Origin: Patescibacteria group bacterium
GTDB lineage: Bacteria; Patescibacteriota; Minisyncoccia; Minisyncoccales; UBA10102
DNA length: 64,000 bases
Direction of reading: 5' to 3'
NCBI GenBank assembly: GCA_022563395.1
Contig: JADFNM010000001.1
Span: forward strand, 398,342-462,341
Numbering within the stretch: the first letter of the stretch is position 1; the number at the start of each line of letters is the position of its first letter. Under the pieces are notes generated by a model. That model saw only the letters and a list, made by a program, of their open reading frames with translations. It did not search any database and was not told where the DNA came from. The position numbers were made by a program, and so were the translations under genes. Shown piece by piece: positions 10,201 to 17,509 of the stretch.

Positions 10201-10701
10201 TTAGGGAAGAATCTGCACCTCCAGGGGGTCCACCACCTCGTCTCCCGATTTCACGGGAACGGAACTCCGCACAAACACCTGTTCCCCAACCTTCAAATCC
10301 TCAATGGTAACCTCTTCCCTGATGGGTGTAAAAGAGGTGCCGGGGGGAGGATTGGCAATGTCAAAAGGGAATATAAGACGTATGAAGTTGGTGTTCTCTC
10401 CGAGTCTCACGGTAAAACTGCGTTCGTCCGCTGCCTGGAAGATCACAAAGGAGTTTTCTGCGATCTCTATTGACGTCACCTTTCCTGCAATGCTGCGAAC
10501 TGCGGGTTGATCAATCTCTCTTTTTTGCTGTTCTTGGCCAAGCTGTTGAGACTCGCTCTCTCCTTCTTGCTGTTCTTGGCCAAGCTGCGAAAGATCTCCA
10601 GTAGAATAGAGATACACTCCCCCAACCACTGCCACCAGAACAACAATAATACCAATGGTGCTTAAACTTAATTTAGGCATAATGCTCTTTTTGTTATTCA
10701 T
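10201..10701 (-). CDS. hypothetical membrane-anchored protein
   Basis: 166-aa ORF with an N-terminal TM (LSTIGIIVVLVAVVGGVYLY), a duplicated LGQEQQ linker and a beta-rich C-terminal domain. No recognisable family. Confidence 0.6.
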   Translation of the reverse strand: MNNKKSIMPKLSLSTIGIIVVLVAVVGGVYLYSTGDLSQLGQEQQEGESESQQLGQEQQKREIDQPAVRSIAGKVTSIEIAENSFVIFQAADERSFTVRLGENTNFIRLIFPFDIANPPPGTSFTPIREEVTIEDLKVGEQVFVRSSVPVKSGDEVVDPLEVQILP

Positions 10702-10727
10702 TATTACTTATATCATATCCCATATCT

Positions 10728-10746
10728 CCTGCCTGCGGCAGGCAGG
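10728..10746. repeat. GC palindrome CCTGCCTGCgGCAGGCAGG
   Basis: Perfect 19-bp palindrome. Relatives lie at 11797-11814 and, in-frame in tsaD, at 27202-27219. Confidence 0.8.
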
Positions 10747-10780
10747 CCCTAGCAAAACTAAGGAAAAACGACTTTCTTTA

Positions 10781-11647
10781 TTATACCCCCAGCAAAGTAA
10801 AATACCAATCCACAAGGGTCTCACCCCAGAAAAAGGCAATCAAGGTCCCAAACACCAAAAAGGGGCCAAAGGGTACCTCAGAGCGCATGGTCTTTCTTTT
10901 AAAGAAGATAAGCGCCAAACCAACAATTGTTCCGGCGGCGAATGCTAAACTCATGGCAACAAAAATATTGGGCCACGAAAGAAACAATCCCATAAAGAGC
11001 GCCAGCTTCACATCACCAAACCCCATGGCCCGTCTTTTTGAGAGAAGATAAATTGCCCAAAAAAACCCGGCCGCTCCGAGTCCTGCAAGCAGAGCCTCAA
11101 GAAAACTTAACGAGGTTAAGTTTTCTGCAATCTGAAAATGCAAAAGCAATCGCCAAAGCAATACAAGGCCTATGGCAGGATATAAAATCTTGTCTGGAAT
11201 GAGGAAATGCTTAAAATCATACACAAAAATCACCACAAGGAATGAAACTATAGCCCAAAGATAGGCAACATTGAGTACCTGTAGAAAACTTAACGGGGTT
11301 AAGTTTTCTACGCCTTGTCCCAACCAAGGAATAATTAAATAGAATACTCCAACGAACAATAGGGCGGTGGCAAGCTCTACCAAAGGATACTGTATGGATA
11401 TTGGTTTCCTGCAATATCTGCATTTTCCTTGAAGCAAGGCAAAGCTCGCCAGAGGAATCAAGTCATACCAAGCCAGCGTATGCGAACACGAAGGACAAAA
11501 CGATCTTCCGCGCATCACCGTTACGCCCGTTTTCCTGCGATCGTGAGGAATTGGGCGCAATTTCTGCCGAACTTCCAAGCGGTAGATAAAAGCGTTGAGA
11601 AAGCTTCCCACTGCCAACCCAAAGAAAAACACCACAAAAAAGATCAT
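10781..11647 (-). CDS. pilD: prepilin peptidase (A24 family) / N-methyltransferase
   Basis: 288 aa. It has the CPSCSHTLAWYDLIPLASFALLQGKCRYCRKPISIQYPLVE zinc-knuckle region and a polytopic core with GFGDVKL. Confidence 0.9.
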   Translation of the reverse strand: MIFFVVFFFGLAVGSFLNAFIYRLEVRQKLRPIPHDRRKTGVTVMRGRSFCPSCSHTLAWYDLIPLASFALLQGKCRYCRKPISIQYPLVELATALLFVGVFYLIIPWLGQGVENLTPLSFLQVLNVAYLWAIVSFLVVIFVYDFKHFLIPDKILYPAIGLVLLWRLLLHFQIAENLTSLSFLEALLAGLGAAGFFWAIYLLSKRRAMGFGDVKLALFMGLFLSWPNIFVAMSLAFAAGTIVGLALIFFKRKTMRSEVPFGPFLVFGTLIAFFWGETLVDWYFTLLGV

Positions 11648-11681
11648 TGTTACATTATATCTTATCTTGCCCCTGTGGAAA

Positions 11682-11814
11682 ACTAAACGAGATTTAGGTG
11701 GGGATAACTAAATGAGATTTAAGCAAAACTAAATCGATCCGCCTCAGGCGGACCGATTTAGGAAATAACTGTATTGTTCCTTAATTTACATTAAGGCCTG
11801 CCTGCGCAGGCAGG
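11682..11814. repeat. pile-up of six short palindromic mini-repeats (AT-type CTAAA/CTTAA..TTTAG/TTAAG and GC-type)
   Basis: The six are aCTAAACGAGATTTAGg; aaCTAAATGAGATTTAAg; CTAAATCGATCCGCCTCAGGCGGACCGATTTAG (a GC hairpin nested in an AT palindrome); CCTTAATTTACATTAAGG (11779-11796); and CCTGCCTGCGCAGGCAGG (11797-11814). Confidence 0.85.
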
Positions 11815-11831
11815 AATCATCCACTCAGAAA

Positions 11832-12344
11832 TTATTCACAAACAGCAAGGGTAACAGTTCCTGCGTCAGGTACGCTGTTTCCATCAGCATCTGCTACTTC
11901 CTTTTCAGTCACTCCTCCAGGACCCGTGGCTATAATGGCTACTTGTCCTGCGGTTGCGGCCCGCTCAAGAATGGCATAGGCGCAGTAGTCCTGGTCTGTA
12001 GCTGAGTTGTCAATCCAGGTGTAGGCAGGATTCCCAGAACCCGGATCTGTGGGAACTTTCAGGTACGTTCCAACTGCAGATGGAATGGGAGGAACCTGAG
12101 AAAGATACGCCTCGTTTGCGTTGCAGGTAGAATCGTCATAGCACAGTTCCATTGCGGTGTTAAACTGCCTCATGTCAGATTGTCTGCGTGCGTCTCTCGC
12201 ATTGGCCCGTGCTCCTCCAAGAGATACCAGCACAATACCTGCCAGAATCCCAATAATCGCGATGACCACCAAGAGTTCAATTAAAGTAAACCCGCCTAAG
12301 TTTTTCTTAGAAAAATTTTGGCGGATAAATCCTTTTTGTTTCAT
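11832..12344 (-). CDS. type IV pilin (long leader peptide)
   Basis: [18 protein letters not shown]|[19 protein letters not shown] shows the class III signal with G-1, F+1 and E+5. Confidence 0.85.
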   Translation of the reverse strand: MKQKGFIRQNFSKKNLGGFTLIELLVVIAIIGILAGIVLVSLGGARANARDARRQSDMRQFNTAMELCYDDSTCNANEAYLSQVPPIPSAVGTYLKVPTDPGSGNPAYTWIDNSATDQDYCAYAILERAATAGQVAIIATGPGGVTEKEVADADGNSVPDAGTVTLAVCE

Positions 12345-12376
12345 TGTTGCGTTCTTGTTACTATAAAAACAGATAT

Positions 12377-12390
12377 CTCGACCTTTCTGT
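12377..12390 (-). promoter_or_regulatory. 14-nt motif ACAGAAAGGTCGAG, 32 nt upstream of the pilin ATG
   Basis: An identical 14-mer at the identical 32-nt distance precedes mini-pilin gene 33639-33995 (34028-34041). Confidence 0.4.
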
Positions 12391-12426
12391 CAAATCCGGT
12401 TCGGGTCGGACAGACACTCTACTAAT

Positions 12427-12484
12427 GTAAATCCTTTTTGTTTCACTGTTGTGTTCTTGTTCTTTAAATGCACAAGCATCAACC
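12427..12484 (-). pseudogene. orphan pilin 5' fragment (leader + first ~7 codons, ATG->GTG)
   Basis: gtaaatcctttttgtttcac tgttgtgttcttgttctttaaatgcacaagcatcaacc is nearly identical to 12961-13020, the start and leader of pilin 12486-12980. No downstream ORF follows. Confidence 0.6.
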
Positions 12485-12485
12485 C

Positions 12486-12980
12486 CTAGAGAGTACAATC
12501 ATTGGTAAACACTCCATTGGTCTCAATTGAATGTAACCCCTCTGCCAGGCTCCCGGCTCCACTCTCCAGCCAGAAACAAATCTGGTAGTCTCCCGTGGTT
12601 GCACCGAGACTTCCGTCAGCCTGACTAATAGAATACTGACAGGTGGCACTAGTACCATTGGCACAGGCTGTCCCTCCGGTTCCAACTGATGGGTCAGCAA
12701 AGTTCACAAATCCTACAATGCTATTATTGCTTGGGCATCCGCTGCACCCCGTACAGGTATTTACCTTGGCATCAGCCAAGACGCATCCTGTCAGTGCCTC
12801 TGGATTGTCTGAGGCCTCAACTTCCAAGGCAGTGGACATTTGCCGTACGTCCGTCACGCGTCTGGCGTCTCTTGCCTTGGCACGAGCAGGACCCAGGGAT
12901 ATAAGAACAATGGAAGCAAGCAAGCCAATAATCGCTATCACGATGAGCAGCTCAATTAAGGTAAATCCTTTTTGTTTCAT
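12486..12980 (-). CDS. type IV pilin, tandem paralog 1
   Basis: MKQKG|FTLIELLIVIAIIG. The start is placed at the internal Met (12980) of the 182-aa track ORF. The C-terminus reads TTGDYQICFWLESGAGSL..IETNGVFT. Confidence 0.85.
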   Translation of the reverse strand: MKQKGFTLIELLIVIAIIGLLASIVLISLGPARAKARDARRVTDVRQMSTALEVEASDNPEALTGCVLADAKVNTCTGCSGCPSNNSIVGFVNFADPSVGTGGTACANGTSATCQYSISQADGSLGATTGDYQICFWLESGAGSLAEGLHSIETNGVFTNDCTL

Positions 12981-13040
12981 TGTTGTGTTTTTGTTCTTTA
13001 AATGCACAAGCATCAACCTTTCAATCGTATTCAAAACAAC

Positions 13041-13526
13041 CTATTCTTCGCATGTGGTAAACACCCCATTGGTTTCAATGGCGTTTAAACCAGATGACAG
13101 GCTCCCGGCTCCACTCTCCAGCCAGAAACAAATCTGGTAGTCGCCCGTGGTTGCAACGGCACTTCCGTCATCCTGGCTAATGGAGTACTGGCAGGGGGCG
13201 GTGGACGGACTTACACTTTGCTGGCAGGCTGCTCCTGCGGTTCCTACTGTGGGGTCGGCAAAGTTCACAAACCCTGCTACTGCTCCGGGGCCCGTGCACA
13301 AATCCACCTTGTGGTCGGCCGAGGTACAGGTTTCTACGGCTTCTGGATTGTCTGAGGCCTCAACTTCCAAGGCAGTAGACATTTGCCGTACGTCCGTCAC
13401 GCGTCTGGCGTCTCTTGCCTTGGCACGGGCAGGACCCAGGGATATAAGAACAATGGAAGCAAGCAAGCCAATGACTGCGATAACAACTAACAGTTCAATT
13501 AATGTAAATCCTTTTTGCTTTTTCAT
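13041..13526 (-). CDS. type IV pilin, tandem paralog 2
   Basis: MKKQKG|[14 protein letters not shown]. The N-terminal ~60 aa and C-terminal ~35 aa are conserved with its neighbours, and the centre is variable. Confidence 0.9.
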   Translation of the reverse strand: MKKQKGFTLIELLVVIAVIGLLASIVLISLGPARAKARDARRVTDVRQMSTALEVEASDNPEAVETCTSADHKVDLCTGPGAVAGFVNFADPTVGTAGAACQQSVSPSTAPCQYSISQDDGSAVATTGDYQICFWLESGAGSLSSGLNAIETNGVFTTCEE

Positions 13527-13584
13527 ACAATCAATGTAAAAAATGATTTTGGCTTTTTTGCCGTTCTGTCAAATCCAAACTGGC

Positions 13585-14058
13585 CTACTGACACGTGGTA
13601 AACACCCCGTTGGTTTCAATGGCGTGCAATAGTGGGCCTCCCAAGCTCCCGGCTCCACTCTCCAGCCAGAAACAAATCTGGTAGTCGCCCGTGGTTGCAT
13701 CGGCCGTCCCGTCTGCCCTACTGATAGAATACTGGCAGGTACTGCCGGAAGCTGACGTACAGGGAGTTCCAGGCGCAGTAGATGAAGGGTCAAGAAAGTT
13801 GCCAAAACCAGCAACCGCACCAGGTCCTGTGCAATCACGCACATTATCATCCAACCCCAGACAACCTTCAATATCTTCCGGATTGTCTGAGGCCTCAACT
13901 TCCAAGGCAGTGGACATTTGCCGTACGTCAGCTACGCGCCTTGCGTCTCTTGCCTTGGCACGGGCAGGACCCAAAGCTACCAATACAATGGAAGCTAACA
14001 TCCCAATGACTGCGATAACAACTAGCAGTTCAATTAATGTAAATCCTTTTTGTTTCAT
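13585..14058 (-). CDS. type IV pilin, tandem paralog 3
   Basis: MKQKG|[14 protein letters not shown], with the same conserved ends as 12486-12980 and 13041-13526. Confidence 0.9.
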   Translation of the reverse strand: MKQKGFTLIELLVVIAVIGMLASIVLVALGPARAKARDARRVADVRQMSTALEVEASDNPEDIEGCLGLDDNVRDCTGPGAVAGFGNFLDPSSTAPGTPCTSASGSTCQYSISRADGTADATTGDYQICFWLESGAGSLGGPLLHAIETNGVFTTCQ

Positions 14059-14124
14059 AGAATATAAATAATATCGACTTTTTTACCGTTTCCTTAATGT
14101 TGAACAAAGTAAAACATCAAGGTT

Positions 14125-14144
14125 CTGAGGGGTTTACCCCTCAG
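14125..14144 (-). terminator. hairpin CTGAGGGG-TTTA-CCCCTCAG after pilin 14170-14661 (weak T tail)
   Basis: 8-bp GC-rich stem 25 nt past the stop. The minus-strand tail is AACCTTGATGTTTTAC. Confidence 0.4.
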
Positions 14145-14152
14145 GTTCTTAT

Positions 14153-14344
14153 TATACTTGACTCAAAGCTTACCAACAAGGGCATTGTCCACCGTTGGGG
14201 CTTCCTGGCAGTCCCGGGTTGTAATCCAGCTTGAGGGAACCTTTTTGTGAACCCGCAAACCAGTCCCCTTCTTCAAGCTGTATGTACACGCAATACAACT
14301 GGCTTGAACAATTGGTAGTCAATGTATTCACGTTGTCTATCCAG
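14153..14344. repeat. 192-bp segment identical to 53586-53777 (pilin 3' end + 17 nt downstream)
   Basis: Base-by-base comparison by eye found no mismatch. Identity stops abruptly at 14345/53778. Confidence 0.9.
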
Positions 14345-14661
14345 AGGTAGGTACTCCCTTGAGGGTCTTTTGGGGTTGGGTCTAAGTACTTGCCGTCATC
14401 TACACCATTGCAGGCTGGGGGATTGATGCAGGGAATCTTTGAAGGAAGAGAGGATCCTGCAATCTGGGAGTACAGCTCATCATCCGAATAATCCAGCTCC
14501 ATTGCAAGCGTTATCTGTCGAATGTCAGACTGGCGCCTAGCATCCCTGGCCTTTGCCCGTGCTCCCCCCAGGGACACTAAAATACTGGAAGACAAAATGC
14601 CAATGATAGCTATTACCACCAAGAGCTCAATTAAGGTGAATCCTTTCTGCTTTTGAGACAT
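14170..14661 (-). CDS. type IV pilin (candidate major pilin)
   Basis: MSQKQKG|[18 protein letters not shown]. It is the first pilin after pilC, is followed by a hairpin, and ends in Cys-rich ..GGQCPCW. Confidence 0.9.
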   Translation of the reverse strand: MSQKQKGFTLIELLVVIAIIGILSSSILVSLGGARAKARDARRQSDIRQITLAMELDYSDDELYSQIAGSSLPSKIPCINPPACNGVDDGKYLDPTPKDPQGSTYLWIDNVNTLTTNCSSQLYCVYIQLEEGDWFAGSQKGSLKLDYNPGLPGSPNGGQCPCW

Positions 14662-14673
14662 TGGTTTAGTATA

Positions 14674-15912
14674 TCAAAGAGAGCCTAGTTGATACAGGGG
14701 CAGCAGGACCGAAGCCAACAATCCCCCCACAATCAATCCTAAAAACACAATAAGGGCTGGCTCAATGATGCTGAGGAATGCTTCCACGGTGCGATCAACC
14801 TCTTTTTGGTAAAAGGAAACAATGTTGGACAGGGTTTTGTCTAGGCTCCCTGATTTTTCTCCCACAAACACCATTTGGGTGAATACGGGAGGAAACTCTG
14901 CGGGGTACTTTTGCAGCACGGTGCTTATTTGGTTTCCCTTTTGTACCTCACTCTTTGCCTCCTCAATAATTTCTGTATACACCGAGCTTCCCACAATACG
15001 CCCGGTGATATCCAGGGCCTGGACAATGGGAAGGCCTCCTGAAATTAAGGTGGAAAGGTTTTCTGCAAAGCGTGAAAGATAAATCATTCGCAAAAAGGAA
15101 TTCAAAAGCGGGACCTTAAGATAAAACCTGCTCAACAACCGTGTTCCCTCAGGAGTGCTTTTCCAGCGAAGGAAAAAGAATACAGCTCCCCCCGTCAATA
15201 AGAGAAAGACCCACCAGAACGCTCGAAACAAAGTGGCTAAAGTAAGAACAAACTGGGTGACGGCAGGAAGTTCCTGGCCCGTTTGCTCCAATACTTTGGT
15301 TAAGTTGGGAATAACAAAAAACATGAGCAAGGCTAACACCGTAAAGGACAGAAACACAATAAAGGCAGGATACACCAAGGCAGAACGAATCTTTGAAACT
15401 AAGTGGTACTCTCGCTCCATGTGGTCAGCTAAATACTCCAGCACAGAAGACAGGGTTCCTGATGCCTCCCCTGACTTTACCATGTTAACGTAGAAGGGGG
15501 AGAAAATATCAGGGTACTTTGATAGGGCTTTTGAAAACAGAGTTCCGCCTTTCACCTCTTCTGACAGGCGAAAGATTTTTTCTTTAAATGTTCTACTCTT
15601 GGTTTGGGAAGCTAGGGTCTGCAAGGCCTCTACCAAAGGTACGCGAGAAACAAACATGACAGATAACTGTCTGGAAAACATCATAATATCTCTCATGGAA
15701 ACCCGCTCAAAAAACCGGATGTTCCGTTCAAAGAGTGGGCGTGCCTCTGCTGCCTCAAGAAACGTGACAAACAGATTATGGGCCGCCAAGAGCGACAAGG
15801 CAGCTTCCCTGGAGGAAGCCTCAATCACGCCAGACTGCGTTTTGCCTTTGTTGTCTTTGCCCTGGTAGTTGAATTTCATCCCGTTAGAGATAAGAAATGT
15901 TCTGCGGAACAT
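14674..15912 (-). CDS. pilC: type IV pilus platform protein (GspF/PilC family)
   Basis: 412 aa with two GspF-type repeats and three TM segments. The likely true start is MKFNYQGKD at 15879. Confidence 0.9.
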   Translation of the reverse strand: MFRRTFLISNGMKFNYQGKDNKGKTQSGVIEASSREAALSLLAAHNLFVTFLEAAEARPLFERNIRFFERVSMRDIMMFSRQLSVMFVSRVPLVEALQTLASQTKSRTFKEKIFRLSEEVKGGTLFSKALSKYPDIFSPFYVNMVKSGEASGTLSSVLEYLADHMEREYHLVSKIRSALVYPAFIVFLSFTVLALLMFFVIPNLTKVLEQTGQELPAVTQFVLTLATLFRAFWWVFLLLTGGAVFFFLRWKSTPEGTRLLSRFYLKVPLLNSFLRMIYLSRFAENLSTLISGGLPIVQALDITGRIVGSSVYTEIIEEAKSEVQKGNQISTVLQKYPAEFPPVFTQMVFVGEKSGSLDKTLSNIVSFYQKEVDRTVEAFLSIIEPALIVFLGLIVGGLLASVLLPLYQLGSL

Positions 15913-16013
15913 TTCTGTAATTCATTGATGCAACCATAGAACCCTTGGTGCTTTTCTTTGTGTGAATAATAAAGTTTGCAAACATAGATATAATAATCTC
16001 TAACGGGATTCAT

Positions 16014-17078
16014 TTAGTTTCTTGCCAGAGTTCTGAGTTCTGTTGGGTTCAAGGAGTAGGCAAGGGCATTTTCTAGGGTGATGGTCTTTGAACGAACCAA
16101 GTTTGCCAAGGCCCGGTTCAAAGAAATCATGCCAATTTCAGCAGACGTCTCAATCACCAGGGGAAGCTCGTGAATCTTGTTTTCTCGAATGAGGTTGGCT
16201 ACCGCAGGGTTGGACATCATGATTTCAGCTGCGGGAACCAACCCGCCCCGCACGCTGGGAACCAAGCGCTGAGATACCACGCCCAACAAAGAACCTGACA
16301 GCTGCGCCCTGACCTGAACCTGCTGCGCTGGAGGAAAAGAGTCCACAATGCGGTGAATGGTTTGGGCGGCAGAGTTGGTGTGCAGTGTGGCAAATACCAG
16401 GTGTCCGGTTTCAGCTGCGGTGATGGCGGTGGCTATGGTTTCTGAGTCTCGCATTTCCCCTACCATGATACAGTCTGGGTCTTGGCGGAAAGTGGCGCGC
16501 AAGGCCTTTTCAAAACTCTGGGTGTCCTGATACACCTCTCGCTGGTCAATAATCGACTTGTCGTCTTCAAACACGTACTCGATGGGGTCTTCAATAGTAA
16601 TGATGTGGTCGGCTCTTGTGTGGTTAATCTCGTCAATCAAGGCAGCTAGGGTGGTGGATTTCCCATGGCTGGAAGGACCGGTAATCAATACAAAACCCTG
16701 GCGTGCAGTGGCAAACTTATGAAGTATGGGAGGAAGGTTCAATTCTTCCAGCGTCTTTATCTGCTTTGGGATAAGGCGCAAGGCAGCAGACAAAGAACCC
16801 TGCTGGTAAAACACGTTTATTCGGAACCTGGCCTTATCCTCCATGTTGTACGAAAAGTCCACCTCTTTTTCCTGTTCCAAGCGTACTTTTTGTTCTTCGG
16901 TCATCAAGGAGGTGGCGAGTTCTCTAACGAGGTCTTGTGTCATGGGTCTCTTTTTGACCAAGGGAACCAAGCTCCCTGCAATTCGAAGGGTCGGAGGATG
17001 CCCCAAAGACAAATGTAAATCAGAAGCCGCTTCTTTTACAGTCAGTTCTAATAATTCCTGCATTTGTGTGGTTGGCAT
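16014..17078 (-). CDS. pilT: twitching-motility retraction ATPase
   Basis: 354 aa with Walker A (GPSSHGKSTT), the Asp box, Walker B (DPDCIMVGEMRD) and the His box (GHLVFATLHTNSA). Confidence 0.9.
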   Translation of the reverse strand: MPTTQMQELLELTVKEAASDLHLSLGHPPTLRIAGSLVPLVKKRPMTQDLVRELATSLMTEEQKVRLEQEKEVDFSYNMEDKARFRINVFYQQGSLSAALRLIPKQIKTLEELNLPPILHKFATARQGFVLITGPSSHGKSTTLAALIDEINHTRADHIITIEDPIEYVFEDDKSIIDQREVYQDTQSFEKALRATFRQDPDCIMVGEMRDSETIATAITAAETGHLVFATLHTNSAAQTIHRIVDSFPPAQQVQVRAQLSGSLLGVVSQRLVPSVRGGLVPAAEIMMSNPAVANLIRENKIHELPLVIETSAEIGMISLNRALANLVRSKTITLENALAYSLNPTELRTLARN

Positions 17079-17130
17079 ACAGTTACATTGTTAAATTGTT
17101 ATATGGCTAAATGGCTAACAATTAAACAAT

Positions 17131-17508
17131 TTAACCATTTAACAATTCTTTTACCTCCTCTACTACCTGGGTGGGGGTAAAGTGAGCTTTAATCAGGTAG
17201 CGGTCAGCGCCAAGAGAAATTCCTTTTTCAATCTCTTCTTTTTGCCCAAGGTTAGAGAGTACTACAATCTTTGTGTTCCGCAAGTTTTCTTGTTTTTGAG
17301 CGGCTAGAAGCAATTCCCAGCCGTCCACATGAGGAAGCACAATGTCCATGACAATGACCGAAGGGCTCAGCTTAGAAAACAAGGAAAGCGCCCTTTCTCC
17401 AGAATCTGCCACCTGCACCTTAAATCCAGCTTCTGTAAACTTTGTGGTGTAAATATCAATCAGCAAGGGGTCGTCTTCAACGAGTAAGATAGTATCTTTG
17501 GGGGACAT
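17131..17508 (-). CDS. stand-alone response-regulator receiver (CheY/PilH-like)
   Basis: 125 aa with ILLVEDDPLL, VIVMDIVLPHVDG and VVLSNLG. No output domain, and no histidine kinase in the window. Confidence 0.85.
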   Translation of the reverse strand: MSPKDTILLVEDDPLLIDIYTTKFTEAGFKVQVADSGERALSLFSKLSPSVIVMDIVLPHVDGWELLLAAQKQENLRNTKIVVLSNLGQKEEIEKGISLGADRYLIKAHFTPTQVVEEVKELLNG

Positions 17509-17509
17509 A

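Noticed and set aside
14153-14344. Diversity-generating retroelement (TR/VR) as an explanation for the duplicated pilin 3' end.
   Set aside because: There is no reverse transcriptase in the window. The repeated segment is identical rather than A-mutated, and the mismatches further upstream are not adenine-specific.
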